Shown: in pieces, positions 21,142-31,458 of the stretch
How positions within the stretch are numbered: the stretch's first letter is position 1
Layout: each line of letters starts with the position of its first letter
Origin: Candidatus Poribacteria bacterium
Lineage (GTDB): Bacteria > Poribacteria > WGA-4E > UBA9662
DNA: 64,000 nt
Assembly: GCA_036339735.1 (NCBI GenBank)
Contig: JAYZAL010000011.1
Coordinates: 10,157-74,156 of the forward strand
Reading direction: 5' to 3'
Translations under genes and position numbers: made by a program
The notes under the pieces: generated by a model
The model's input: the letters and a program-made list of their open reading frames with translations, nothing else
The model's database searches: none
What the model was told of the DNA's origin: nothing

Positions 21142-22386
21142 TTACTGTTCTTGTATTTGAGCTAAGGTCGCTGATAGGCGTTCAACTTGTTCGCGGCGTA
21201 TACGCTTGTGAACTCGGTCCGACATCTCTCTTTTTTGATGCATTTCGTCTAGGTGAGCTATAAACTCCAACCGGACTTTTTTTGTCGCTTCTAAATCCAT
21301 TGTGTTTGATTTCTTTAACCAACTAGCATCTGGCACTACTTCCGTAGCTACAGGCGTAACAGATTCAACTTGGTCTGATTTTCGAATTCTCAATACTAAT
21401 GTAAAAGCAAACCCAGCTAAGCAAATCACTAAGCCAATTACTAGAATAATCTGTAGCGTTGGTGAAGAGGGAGTGTTCTTCATTTTTATCTGGATTGTCT
21501 GCCCAATCCCAATCGGATTAATCGCTTGGTAGACTGAATAGACGACATTATGAATCGTCTGTGAACTTTTTGTACCTAAGCTTTGTGATTGAACAAAAAA
21601 GGGAAGTGATTCGGGAATTAGCAACTGAAAATCTTCTGTTAGGAATGGCTGTGTTCGGGACAAGTCGATAACCTTGTCAGTATGTAAAATGTAAGTAACT
21701 GTTAAGTCTGTTTGTCCTGTAGGAATTGGTGCTGGGACTCTCAGCGGATCTTCGCTCATACTGTCTTGAGTAAATTCTATACTTGCGCTTCCTGCCTGAA
21801 TTTGTTCTGCCCCCGTCGGTAAATCTAATAAACAGGCTAGTAGTTGCCCGTTAATTTCCTGTTGAAATCCAAATTGACTGCTGTTTTCTATTCGCAAAAT
21901 TTCAAGGGCTTGAACTGCTTCGCCATGTGCATGATCAGGTAGGGGGCGAAGAATTACCGAATGGCGCAGTATTTTAATGACCTGAGGATCATTTATAAAA
22001 GCGTTTAAGTTTAAGTCAAGGTCAACCGTAACGGAAGGTATCCAGTTAGTCACCATGATATCCTCTTCTTGTTCAGTCTTTCCTTCAAATTCAGTGGAAA
22101 TTGTATAGTGGATGGAGAAACTGAGAGGTAAATTCCGAAATTCATAAAATCCGTCTTCGTTCGTTTTGATTTCTTTACTATCAGGTAAGTCTCCTTCTTT
22201 TTCTTCTTGATTTTTCTGAAACGCTTCTAGGACCACCGAGTGATTAACCAATGGGTGATTTTGACCAAAATCGAAGACTCGACCTTGTATTTGACCCTTT
22301 TGGTTTGCACTACCCCTAATAGAAAAGAACAATGACAAGGAAAACATCAGCAAACAATAAAAAGCAATATTAATGATTTTCTGCAC
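21142..22386 (-). CDS. Exported membrane-anchored protein with carboxypeptidase-regulatory-like (Ig) domain
   Basis: Signal peptide, GQIQGRV..TNEDGFYEFRNL, TM near the C-terminus, cytoplasmic L..IAHLDE.H..Y...R helix resembling the CcmI-like tail. Confidence 0.6.
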   Translation of the reverse strand: MQKIINIAFYCLLMFSLSLFFSIRGSANQKGQIQGRVFDFGQNHPLVNHSVVLEAFQKNQEEKEGDLPDSKEIKTNEDGFYEFRNLPLSFSIHYTISTEFEGKTEQEEDIMVTNWIPSVTVDLDLNLNAFINDPQVIKILRHSVILRPLPDHAHGEAVQALEILRIENSSQFGFQQEINGQLLACLLDLPTGAEQIQAGSASIEFTQDSMSEDPLRVPAPIPTGQTDLTVTYILHTDKVIDLSRTQPFLTEDFQLLIPESLPFFVQSQSLGTKSSQTIHNVVYSVYQAINPIGIGQTIQIKMKNTPSSPTLQIILVIGLVICLAGFAFTLVLRIRKSDQVESVTPVATEVVPDASWLKKSNTMDLEATKKVRLEFIAHLDEMHQKREMSDRVHKRIRREQVERLSATLAQIQEQ

Positions 22387-22754
22387 TACTTATTTTTTTT
22401 ATACTTTTCAATTTCAATTTCAGCTTCGGCAAAAATCGTTTCAGCTAAAACTATCTGGGAATCATCTATAGGTTGTTGCTCTTTTGTTTTGGAATCTAGG
22501 TTTTGTAGGATTTCGGCGGTTTCTAATAATAATAGTTTTTTCAATTGGTCGTAGTCTTCACTCGAAATTTTACCCACTTCGTGATCTTCTTCTAAATCTA
22601 CTAATGCCCCGTAATATTGTTCACGGTCAACAGCTTTCACTAATATTTCAGAATCGTCTAACGTTATTTTTGTCTTATCATGACGCAAAATGGGTTGAGC
22701 AATAAAAATAAAGGTTGGAATACAAAGGACTAGTATCCAGAGTAGAATAATCAT
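22386..22754 (-). CDS. CcmI/CycH N-terminal-like membrane protein
   Basis: TM + PILR...REQYYGALVDLEEDHEVGKISSEDYDQLK pattern of the CcmI N-terminus. Confidence 0.6.
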   Translation of the reverse strand: MIILLWILVLCIPTFIFIAQPILRHDKTKITLDDSEILVKAVDREQYYGALVDLEEDHEVGKISSEDYDQLKKLLLLETAEILQNLDSKTKEQQPIDDSQIVLAETIFAEAEIEIEKYKKNK

Positions 22755-22868
22755 ATTATGTCAGTTTAGAGAAGTCCTCGGCTTTTGCTTGCTTATCCTA
22801 AAGCTGATTGTTGAACAATAGATACAAACCCCTAATTATAATCCGATATCCACTCTAGAATTAGATAA

Positions 22869-22910
22869 TAAAAAAGGGAAACTGGAGGATCCTCCAATTT
22901 CCCTTTTTTA
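22869..22910. terminator. Intrinsic terminator (bidirectional-looking) downstream of the OmpA-family gene
   Basis: TAAAAAAGGGAAACTGGAGG-AT-CCTCCAATTTCCCTTTTTTA inverted repeat with A/T tails. Confidence 0.85.
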
Positions 22911-22929
22911 TGTCAATTTTCTGTAATCG

Positions 22930-23832
22930 TTAGCCGGCAGGTTGTAGTATAACCTCTACTCTACGGTTAGCAGCACGGCCTGCTTTTGTATTTACAGGAG
23001 CAACCGGACTAGTGTGTCCTTTGCCAACCGATTCAATTGAATGTGGTACTCCATTATCCTTCAAGTACTTAGATACGGCATCTGCACGAGCTTGTGATAA
23101 TCCCCAATTGCTACGGTAACGTCCACCAAGAACAGGTGTTCCATCAGCGTGTCCTACAACCAGAATACTGGCATCCGCTGGAGCTGATTGAGCAGCTTCA
23201 ACAACAGCATCAAGTGTAGCTTTGGCTTCAGTATTTAAACTTGCGCCACCACTGCCAAAGTTAACAACAGCAATAGTTTGGGGCTTTGAAGCAATGGATT
23301 CTTGGTTAGCGGTTACACCTTCCTTTGTATCAGCGATTGCTGACTCAAGTCTATCCAAAGCTTCAGCTTGCGCCTGGGATTTTTCATTCAGGCTGCTAAC
23401 TTTACCTAGGACTTCCTTGTCGCCGTCAGCCACTGCGTTCATTAGCTTATCAGCTACACCTTTGGCAGTAGCAGTTAATTCTTCACGCACGGCAGTATCT
23501 AGACCTTTGGCAAAGTCCTGCGCCGCGCTAATTGTGTCGGCATCACCTTGTTCCGCTGCAGCAACGGCCGCTTCCTTAGCCTGTTGAATATCGCCCGACA
23601 AGGCTTCGTTTTGTGCATCAACTTTACCATCTAATTCAGAGACACGGTCGCTTAGAGCTTGGTCTGCTTTGTCAACTTTGGACTGGAACCCTTCGTGAGC
23701 TTGCCCCTCTTTGTCAGTGTATCCATCGAGCCAGTTTGAAAACTCTTTTTCAGTTTTGATCCAGCCACAACCGGATAAAATTATACTAAGCACAAATACA
23801 GAAAGAAGCGATAGCATAAACGGTTTTTTCAT
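22930..23832 (-). CDS. OmpA/MotB-domain lipoprotein with long helical linker
   Basis: Lipobox LSGC; Ala-rich coiled coil; GHAD..SNWGLSQARA..V..YL and NRRVEV; GAGGAGG RBS. Confidence 0.9.
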   Translation of the reverse strand: MKKPFMLSLLSVFVLSIILSGCGWIKTEKEFSNWLDGYTDKEGQAHEGFQSKVDKADQALSDRVSELDGKVDAQNEALSGDIQQAKEAAVAAAEQGDADTISAAQDFAKGLDTAVREELTATAKGVADKLMNAVADGDKEVLGKVSSLNEKSQAQAEALDRLESAIADTKEGVTANQESIASKPQTIAVVNFGSGGASLNTEAKATLDAVVEAAQSAPADASILVVGHADGTPVLGGRYRSNWGLSQARADAVSKYLKDNGVPHSIESVGKGHTSPVAPVNTKAGRAANRRVEVILQPAG

Positions 23833-23951
23833 CAGTTCCTCCTCGAAAAGAACCTTGCAATATAGTTAAAAAGAGAACATCGAGCCTGTACTGAGTCGTA
23901 AATCAAGTGATCATCCACCTCTAATCATCAACGACCCTAGCCTACCGGCGA

Positions 23952-23982
23952 ATTTTAGCATACGCTTGTATTTAATACAAGC
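23952..23982 (-). promoter_or_regulatory. Promoter of the OmpA-family gene with overlapping palindrome
   Basis: Minus strand TTGTAT-17nt-TAAAAT with extended TG; inverted repeat GCTTGTATT-T-AATACAAGC at 23964-23982. Confidence 0.55.
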
Positions 23983-24011
23983 ATTATTCATCTTGATTCT
24001 CACATCATGTG

Positions 24012-24040
24012 TTTAAATTTTTGGTTTGAAATGCTATAAT
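24012..24040 (+). promoter_or_regulatory. Putative extended -10 promoter for the Gfo/Idh/MocA gene
   Basis: TTTAAA-17nt-TATAAT with TGn extension; AGGAG RBS follows. Confidence 0.5.
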
Positions 24041-24065
24041 GGGTGAGTTACCTCAGGAGTGATTT

Positions 24066-25265
24066 ATGTCTTTATCTCCCCACAGAATCGCCATGCTTGG
24101 CACTGGTTTTATAGCCGATTTTTATACTTCCACATTGCACAATCAACGCAGCATTGATCGCGTACAAGCAGTATATTCAAGGTCAAAAGAGCGTGCGGAA
24201 GCGTTCCAGTCAAAATGGAATGTCATGCATGGCAGTGACAATATGGAAGAAACTGTCAATCGAGACGATATTGACACTGTGATTATTGGGTTGCCTAATC
24301 ATCGTCACGAAGAAGCTGTCTTAGCAGCTGCCAAAGCTGGAAAAGCCGTCCTATGCACGAAGCCATTAGGTCGAAATGCCGAAGAAGCAAAACGAATGCT
24401 GGAAGCCGTACAAGCAGCTGGTGTGTTTCACGGTTATTTAGAAGACCTAGTTTATCCTCCAAAAACACTGAAAGCGATTCAATCAGTAAAAAATGGGGCA
24501 TTAGGTAAAATCTTGTGGGTTCGGTCTCGAGAAACACACCCCGGTCCTCACAGTGATTGGTTTTGGGATAACGAAATGGCAGGAGGGGGAGCCATTATTG
24601 ATATGGGTTGTCACTGTGTTGAGATTATTCGTAATTTCATTGGCAAAGGTGTCCGTCCAGTCGAAGCTATGTGTTGGGCCGATACATTGGTGCACCCGAT
24701 TGAAGCAGAAGACCACGGAATTGGTTTAATCCGATTTGAAAACGGAGCTATGGGACAATTCGAGGTTAGTTGGGCCTTCCGCGGTGGAATGGACTTACGA
24801 GATGAGGTTTCAGGTTCTGAAGGTACCATTTGGCTTAACCATTGGCTGAGGACTGGCTATGAGATGTTCACTTCAGTAGGACAAGGTGGATACGTAGCCG
24901 AAAAAGCAGAAGGTGATACTGGCTGGTTGTTTCCTGTTGGAGACGAGGCTGCAGAGCTTGGCTATACCGATATGTTCAAGGAAATGTTTACCTGTTTAGA
25001 TGAAGGGACCGAACCAATGGAAACTTTCTATGATGGGTATGTTGTTAATACTATCATTGATGCTTGCTATCGATCGGCAAAGACACGGCAGTGGGAAGCT
25101 ATTGAGCTTGATATCTGGCAAGGTGATGAAGATGTCGAACATGTTCGAACTATAACTGAGATAGACGGAAAAATCTTGATTAAAACTGAAGTTATGCCGA
25201 ATGGAAAAACCAAGCAAATTTTTAAAGATGCCAAAAGTGGAGAAATTAGCGAAACATTACTGTGA
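24066..25265 (+). CDS. Gfo/Idh/MocA oxidoreductase
   Basis: [30 protein letters not shown]. Confidence 0.92.
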   Translation: MSLSPHRIAMLGTGFIADFYTSTLHNQRSIDRVQAVYSRSKERAEAFQSKWNVMHGSDNMEETVNRDDIDTVIIGLPNHRHEEAVLAAAKAGKAVLCTKPLGRNAEEAKRMLEAVQAAGVFHGYLEDLVYPPKTLKAIQSVKNGALGKILWVRSRETHPGPHSDWFWDNEMAGGGAIIDMGCHCVEIIRNFIGKGVRPVEAMCWADTLVHPIEAEDHGIGLIRFENGAMGQFEVSWAFRGGMDLRDEVSGSEGTIWLNHWLRTGYEMFTSVGQGGYVAEKAEGDTGWLFPVGDEAAELGYTDMFKEMFTCLDEGTEPMETFYDGYVVNTIIDACYRSAKTRQWEAIELDIWQGDEDVEHVRTITEIDGKILIKTEVMPNGKTKQIFKDAKSGEISETLL

Positions 25266-25293
25266 GTGATTCGGATTCTGAGGTAAGGTCTCC

Positions 25294-27993
25294 CTATTTT
25301 TTTGCTTCGTTTTTCAAATCGTAGAGAAGGTTAAGTGCGCCCATCGGTGTTATTTGGTTTACATCTAAGTTCTTTAACTTTTCTACAATGGGATGCGTTT
25401 TTGGTCTAAACATCGACATTTGTATGTTATCGGATTTGAAGGTTTGTTGGGTAGCTTTCCTAGTGAGATTTGGTTTAATGTTTGATCTGGAGAAGTTGGT
25501 TAACCCCTCCTTTTTTTGATTTTCTTGATCAACACTCAAATTATGTTGTTCTAACACTTCTAAAATCTCATAAGCTCTCTCTATGACCGGTCGAGGTAAC
25601 CCAGCAAGCCGAGCGACATGGATCCCATAGCTCTGATCAGTCCCTCCCTCCACTATGCGGCGCAGGAACGTGATTTGTTCATTGTTTTCTTGGACAGCTA
25701 CGTTAAAATTTTTCGCTAAAGGATACTTGTTTGCTAACTCGACCAATTCATGGTAGTGAGTAGCAAATAGGGTTTTTGCTCCGATCAATTCGTGATCTAG
25801 AATGTATTCAGCTACAGCCCATGCGATGCTAATACCATCAAAAGTACTAGTTCCTCGTCCGATTTCGTCCAAGATAATTAAACTTCGACTTGTTGCATTA
25901 TTGAGAATATTCGCAGTCTCGTTCATTTCCACTAAAAAAGTACTCTGGCCTTTTATTAAATTATCCGAAGCACCTACTCGGGTGAAGATACGGTCTACCA
26001 GTCCTATTTCCGCAGCCGAAGCTGGTACAAAACTCCCTATCTGAGCTAAAAGTGTAATCAAAGCCACTTGACGCAAAAAGGTGGACTTTCCACTCATGTT
26101 AGGTCCCGTGATAATATGAAGTTGTTGCTGAGTACAGTCGAGGGTGACATCATTGGGAACAAAGCCTTCTTCTTGAAACATTTGTTCAACAACGGGGTGG
26201 CGACCACCTTGTATCACAATTTCATCGCTGTCAGTAACCAAGGGCTTTGTGTAGTCGAATTGAGAAGCTAAATAAGCAAAATTAGCCAAAATATCAATTG
26301 TAGAAATAGCACTCGCTACTTTCTGAATAGACTCTGTTTCTTCTGCTATCTGAGTTCGGATATGACAAAACAAGTCATATTCCAACGACTGTAATTTATC
26401 CTCTGCGTTTAGTATTTTATCCTCATATTCCTTTAACTCAGGTGTGATATATCGTTCAGAATTAGTGAGTGTTTGCTTTCGAATATAATTCTCAGGAACC
26501 AAATCAAGATTGGTTTTAGTCACTTCTATGTAATAGCCAAACACCTGATTAAAACCAACTTTTAGTGAGCTAATACCGGTCTTTTCTCGTTCTTCTTGCT
26601 GTAACTGAGCAATCCAATCTTTACCTGAGTTGGATAATTGGCGCAATTCATCTACTTCAGGATGATATCCATCCCTGATAAGGTTACCATCAGTAATTGT
26701 GACGGGAGGATCTGGATAGATAGCATCATCAATCAAGACGGATAGTGGCTTTAACGAATCATCCATATTTTTTAGAGTGTCATTTAGGTTTTGTAACAAC
26801 ACGGCTTCCAATTCAATCAACAATTGCTGAATTGGTAGAATCATTTGTAGTGAATTTTTCAGAGAAAGGACCTCTCGAGCATTGCTGACATCCAGGTTGA
26901 TTCGCGTGATTAGCCTTTCAATGTCGTAAATTTGATCTAATTTATCTCTCAGTTCTTCTTGTAAATCAATCTGTGCTTCAAGTTCTCCCACAGCATCTAG
27001 GCGAGAATTAATCCGATCTACCTCCAGTAACGGTTGCATTATCCACTGCCTGAGTTTGCGCCCCCCCATAGACGTAATAGTGTTATCTATGACGGATATT
27101 AGGGTTCCTGTTTCCGTCCTATCTCTCATTGATTTTGTCAATTCGAGATTGCGTTGAGTATCGGAATCTAAAACCATGAAACTAGAAGTAGTATAGGTCT
27201 GCAGCGTTGTTAGATGTTCAACAGATTGTTTCTGTGTTTCCATTATGTAGGACATTAATGCCCCCGCGGCACAAGTGGCAGAGAGTAAGTGTTCACAGCC
27301 AAAACCATCTAACGAAGTCGTAGAAAAATGTCGTAGCAACTCTGTGCGAGCGCTTTGGTGATGAAATCGCCAATCAGGCATAAAGTTAATAGTTGTTTCT
27401 AAATCTAGGCGAATTCTATCAAATAGATCATTGTTCACATATTCATCAGAAAAAAGGCATTCACGCGGCAAAAATCGGTTAATTTCAGCCCAAAGACTGG
27501 GTTCCCCCTCTACTTCAGTAACCGTAAATTCACCAGTTGACAGATCCGCCACAGCTAACCCATAGGTCTTTGAGCGGTTGGGTAAATATATGGCACATAA
27601 GTAGTTATTGGCTTTTTGGTTCAGTACATCGAGGTCAGTAACTGTACCAGGTGTGACTACACGCACCACGTCCCGTTTAACAATCCCCTTAACTTTTTTC
27701 GCATCTTCCATTTGTTCACAAATTGCAACTTTATGGCCTGCATCCACAAGCTTATAAAGATGGCTATTTAATGCATGATGGGGTACTCCGGCCATCGGAA
27801 CGCGATCCCCGCGCTTATCCTTATCACGTCCAGTTAACGCGATCCCCAAGACCCGCGAAATGAGTTCAGCATCTTGATTGAAGGCCTCGTAAAAATCACC
27901 TACTCGACATAGAAGAATAGCATCAGCATACTGACGCTTCAATTCATTATACTGACCCATCAAGGTTATTTTTTGCTTTTTATGGTGAGCCAA
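25294..27993 (-). CDS. mutS: DNA mismatch repair protein MutS
   Basis: GDFYE, TPGT, ITGPNMSGKST, IFTRVGASD, STFLVEM, DEIGRGTST, FATHYHEL, SYGIHVA. Confidence 0.98.
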   Translation of the reverse strand: MAHHKKQKITLMGQYNELKRQYADAILLCRVGDFYEAFNQDAELISRVLGIALTGRDKDKRGDRVPMAGVPHHALNSHLYKLVDAGHKVAICEQMEDAKKVKGIVKRDVVRVVTPGTVTDLDVLNQKANNYLCAIYLPNRSKTYGLAVADLSTGEFTVTEVEGEPSLWAEINRFLPRECLFSDEYVNNDLFDRIRLDLETTINFMPDWRFHHQSARTELLRHFSTTSLDGFGCEHLLSATCAAGALMSYIMETQKQSVEHLTTLQTYTTSSFMVLDSDTQRNLELTKSMRDRTETGTLISVIDNTITSMGGRKLRQWIMQPLLEVDRINSRLDAVGELEAQIDLQEELRDKLDQIYDIERLITRINLDVSNAREVLSLKNSLQMILPIQQLLIELEAVLLQNLNDTLKNMDDSLKPLSVLIDDAIYPDPPVTITDGNLIRDGYHPEVDELRQLSNSGKDWIAQLQQEEREKTGISSLKVGFNQVFGYYIEVTKTNLDLVPENYIRKQTLTNSERYITPELKEYEDKILNAEDKLQSLEYDLFCHIRTQIAEETESIQKVASAISTIDILANFAYLASQFDYTKPLVTDSDEIVIQGGRHPVVEQMFQEEGFVPNDVTLDCTQQQLHIITGPNMSGKSTFLRQVALITLLAQIGSFVPASAAEIGLVDRIFTRVGASDNLIKGQSTFLVEMNETANILNNATSRSLIILDEIGRGTSTFDGISIAWAVAEYILDHELIGAKTLFATHYHELVELANKYPLAKNFNVAVQENNEQITFLRRIVEGGTDQSYGIHVARLAGLPRPVIERAYEILEVLEQHNLSVDQENQKKEGLTNFSRSNIKPNLTRKATQQTFKSDNIQMSMFRPKTHPIVEKLKNLDVNQITPMGALNLLYDLKNEAKK

Positions 27994-28035
27994 AGTTACC
28001 GCCCGTATCCGTTATACATTAACAAAATTTGCATT

Positions 28036-29403
28036 TTACCGATGAGATGGACACCATCGCGCGGTCCGTAAATGATTAATTAATGCATCCATTCCTTTTT
28101 GGGTTTGGTTCCGCTCCAGTGCATGCAGAGAAAAAGCTCGAACAAAGTGATTCGAATCCTCAAGCGCCTCTGTTAATGCTGGTATAGCAGAGCTATTGTA
28201 TGGTCCAATTCTTGCCAAGGATAGTGCTGCATTCCGGCGGACCAAATCATTTTTATCTGCAAGAGATTGCACCAGTGGCTCAACAGCGGCCGGACTATCC
28301 GAAGAAACAGTACCAAGAGCTTCAGCCACATGGTGACGAACTTTTTCGTTTTCATCCGTCAACTTTTCAACTAGTTTCGGTAATGCCTTTCTGGCATTCA
28401 GCCCCATATCACCCAATGTGTCCGCAGCTCTGGTACGGATTACTGGCTCTGGATGACTGAGTAATTTTGTTAATGAAGGTACTGCATGAGAGCCTGAGGT
28501 AGTAAACCCATAAAGAGCATTGCGACAGGCAGTATTACTCTCACCGATCGTTGCTTCAATCAATGAATCTAATCCAGATTTTCCCAAATGACCAAGTTTG
28601 TAAGCTGCATCAATAGCAATAGCTTCTTGGTCTGACACAAGCCGACTGCTCAATTCAGTCGGAGATTCAATAATAGACTGTTTCCCGTTTTGCTTACCTA
28701 AATGCCAATTCCACAAATGCTGCCAGATCTGTTCCTGTTGATCATCACTTACTTGCCAATCTACACCTTGATGGTTCCAACTAGGTTCTGTTGGTTCAGA
28801 CATTCTAGTAAATAGGAATTTCATCATGTATCTATTTTGATCCGAACAATTTAACATTTTTCGGTGAAATACATCATAGTGAACTATGACAACTGTGCCA
28901 GCATCACCAGATAGTGCAAGCTCATCAGCTTTATCAAAGGGAGGTTGTGTATTATGATATTGTGAAGACGGCCAAATTGCAGTAGGTCCGACCTCGACTG
29001 GACTATGCTGTGGGTAATAAAAAGCCATTGCCCAACGAGTATGATGATGCCTATGACAATCATCTACCGCAAATCGGCTATTATGAAGACTATCCTTGTG
29101 CATACGTTGTTCGTCTGTATTAGGTAAATTTTCATGACAATGCCGATGTGGGTGTAAATAGTAATCAGAACCGAGAATACTGACCAAAGCACCATGTACT
29201 AGTGGATGGTCTAATATTTTTTGGATTTTTGGTAATCGAGGTAGTAGATTGTTGCCAGGGTTTCCAGTTGAAGAGAATAAAGCCTCAGTATCTTGGTATA
29301 AGGCATCATGGAAAGATTGAGGGAGATCAACCTTGACAGAAATATAACCTTCACGAATAAATTTTTGCATGCTCTGATCATTGAGCAACTGAGCAGACTT
29401 CAT
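28036..29403 (-). CDS. PhyH-family dioxygenase fused to HEAT repeats (paralogue of 18317-19639)
   Basis: NPGNNLLPR, HPHRH, HKD, HTRWAMAFYYPQ, HYDVFHR, HEAT repeats; ATG 29403 after GAAGGAG. Confidence 0.85.
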   Translation of the reverse strand: MKSAQLLNDQSMQKFIREGYISVKVDLPQSFHDALYQDTEALFSSTGNPGNNLLPRLPKIQKILDHPLVHGALVSILGSDYYLHPHRHCHENLPNTDEQRMHKDSLHNSRFAVDDCHRHHHTRWAMAFYYPQHSPVEVGPTAIWPSSQYHNTQPPFDKADELALSGDAGTVVIVHYDVFHRKMLNCSDQNRYMMKFLFTRMSEPTEPSWNHQGVDWQVSDDQQEQIWQHLWNWHLGKQNGKQSIIESPTELSSRLVSDQEAIAIDAAYKLGHLGKSGLDSLIEATIGESNTACRNALYGFTTSGSHAVPSLTKLLSHPEPVIRTRAADTLGDMGLNARKALPKLVEKLTDENEKVRHHVAEALGTVSSDSPAAVEPLVQSLADKNDLVRRNAALSLARIGPYNSSAIPALTEALEDSNHFVRAFSLHALERNQTQKGMDALINHLRTARWCPSHR

Positions 29404-29423
29404 GTACCTAACTCCTTCTTCAC

Positions 29424-30497
29424 TTAACCATCTATAGAAACCATTTTTAAGCAAACGGGTGTTGGTACTTGTGCTGAGTAACCAGTGTAATTTAACAATC
29501 CGCTTTGCTTGTCAACTCTAAACACATATATGTCATCACTACCATGATTGGCTGCCAAGAGATAGTTACCAGTTGGATCAAGACCGAAATTACGGGGGGA
29601 TTTCCCACGTGTTGATTCATGGCCGATACAAGTTAGTTGACCATTAGTGGGGTCAACAGCGTAGATGACAATACTATCGTGGCCTCGGTTGGAACCATAA
29701 ACGAACTGGCCATCCGTTGAAACATGAATATCCGCACAGGAATTATTACCATTAAACTCTTTGGGTAAAGTAGATATGGTCTGTACAGATTCTAGATATC
29801 CTTCTTCTGGTCGATAGTTGAAGACTGTCACGGTGGAACCAATTTCGTTAATTACGTAGGCTGTACGCTGACTAGGATGAAAATCAAAGTGCCTAGGACC
29901 TTGACCAGGGGATACAGAAACAAAAGGAGGTTCATTCGGAGTTAATTTGCCAGTTTCATTATTTAGCTGATAAATAATCACTTGATCTAAACCTAGATCG
30001 GGCGAAAATGCATGATGGTTATTTGGAGCAACCATGATAGCGTGAGCATGTGGACTAGTTTGTCTTTGTTCATTAATGCTAGAACCTTCGTGCTGAACGA
30101 TGGACGAAGCTGTTTTCAGATAACCATTAGTATCAATTGGAAAGGAAGCAACCGTGCCTGAGCCATAGTTTGCGACCAAAACATACTGGCCAGTAGAATC
30201 AATACTGAGATGACAAGGAGCAGTACCATGGCTTGGTTGCCGGTTAAGAAAACTTAATTGACCTGACTGTCGATCGATGGAGAAAGCGCTAATTGAGCCG
30301 GTATCTTGGCCTTCATAGTTACTGATTTCGTTGACCGAATATAGATACTGATTATTCGGATGAATATCAAGAAATGACGGACTTTGAACACCATCAATTT
30401 GGCTCTCGGCAACTAATTGCCCATTTGCTAAATCCATTCGATACACGTAAATCTCTTGGCTATAAGTACCAACATATAACCGAATTGCCTGGCTCAT
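29424..30497 (-). CDS. 6-phosphogluconolactonase-like lactonase (7-bladed beta-propeller)
   Basis: YVGTY, ANYGSG, PHAH, DLGLD, GPRH, YGSNRGHDSI, PRNF; start 30497 after GAGG. Confidence 0.9.
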   Translation of the reverse strand: MSQAIRLYVGTYSQEIYVYRMDLANGQLVAESQIDGVQSPSFLDIHPNNQYLYSVNEISNYEGQDTGSISAFSIDRQSGQLSFLNRQPSHGTAPCHLSIDSTGQYVLVANYGSGTVASFPIDTNGYLKTASSIVQHEGSSINEQRQTSPHAHAIMVAPNNHHAFSPDLGLDQVIIYQLNNETGKLTPNEPPFVSVSPGQGPRHFDFHPSQRTAYVINEIGSTVTVFNYRPEEGYLESVQTISTLPKEFNGNNSCADIHVSTDGQFVYGSNRGHDSIVIYAVDPTNGQLTCIGHESTRGKSPRNFGLDPTGNYLLAANHGSDDIYVFRVDKQSGLLNYTGYSAQVPTPVCLKMVSIDG

Positions 30498-30673
30498 AAC
30501 TAATTTAACCTCTAGAAAGTTAGTAGAATTCATAAAGAAAATGATTTAAAAACAAAGCTTATTGTACGGCAAACATCTATGTCCGGTCAAATTTCCAACT
30601 TTGTTGTAAAATGGACTAACAAGCTATAATAGGAAGCTGATAGTTTTGGCAATCAAATTTTATGGAGAACGAT

Positions 30674-31444
30674 ATGAGTTTAAAAGGTCAAGTGTGCATT
30701 ATAACCGGTGGTGGTAGTGGTATTGGTCGAGGAGCAGCACTTCGATTGGCGGCTGATGGCGCTACCATTATTTTAATCGGCCGAACGGAAAGTAAGATAA
30801 GGACCGTCCAATCCGAGATTGAGGCTAATGGTGGCCAATCTGTTGTTTACGCTTTAAATGTAGCCGATTGGTCATCAATCCAAAAGATGGTAGATGAGGT
30901 AGTAGAAACTTACGGGAAAATAGATATCCTAATAAACAACGCTGGGCATAGCTCTCGTAACAGACGACTACTAAACTGCCCACCAGAGGAAATTCAGCAG
31001 GTAATTGATTCGAACTTGACTGGAACTTTCTTCTGTACCCAAGCTGTTGTACCATCCATGCTACAAGCTAAATCAGGTACTATTATCAACGTTTCATCGT
31101 TAGCAGCAGTCTCGCCAGGTCCGTTCAGCGGATTTGCTTACGGAGCAGTTAAAGCCGGTGTAATCAACTTCACCCAATTTTTAAACGAAGATTTAAAAAA
31201 TACCGGTATTAGAGCAAGTGTATTAATTCCGGGTGAAGTAAACACACCCATTCTGGATAACCGTCCTATTACACCAGAGGAAAGCGCACGAAGAGAAATG
31301 GTGGATGTCGCAGAAACGTCAGCGGCAATCCACTTGGTCGTTAGCCTACCTCCCCGAACTAATATTCCTGAACTTACGATTCGACCGACTTGGCAGAGAA
31401 GTATAGCGGAAGAAATTGTCGAGATAGATGATTTAAACAGATGA
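30674..31444 (+). CDS. Short-chain dehydrogenase/reductase
   Basis: TGGGSGIG, NNAG, YxxxK (YGAVK); ATG 30674 after GGAG; TATAAT at 30625. Confidence 0.92.
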   Translation: MSLKGQVCIITGGGSGIGRGAALRLAADGATIILIGRTESKIRTVQSEIEANGGQSVVYALNVADWSSIQKMVDEVVETYGKIDILINNAGHSSRNRRLLNCPPEEIQQVIDSNLTGTFFCTQAVVPSMLQAKSGTIINVSSLAAVSPGPFSGFAYGAVKAGVINFTQFLNEDLKNTGIRASVLIPGEVNTPILDNRPITPEESARREMVDVAETSAAIHLVVSLPPRTNIPELTIRPTWQRSIAEEIVEIDDLNR

Positions 31445-31458
31445 CGACACAGTAACTC

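Noticed and set aside
23222-23587. 121-aa plus-strand ORF
   Set aside because: Antisense shadow of the codon-biased OmpA-family gene.
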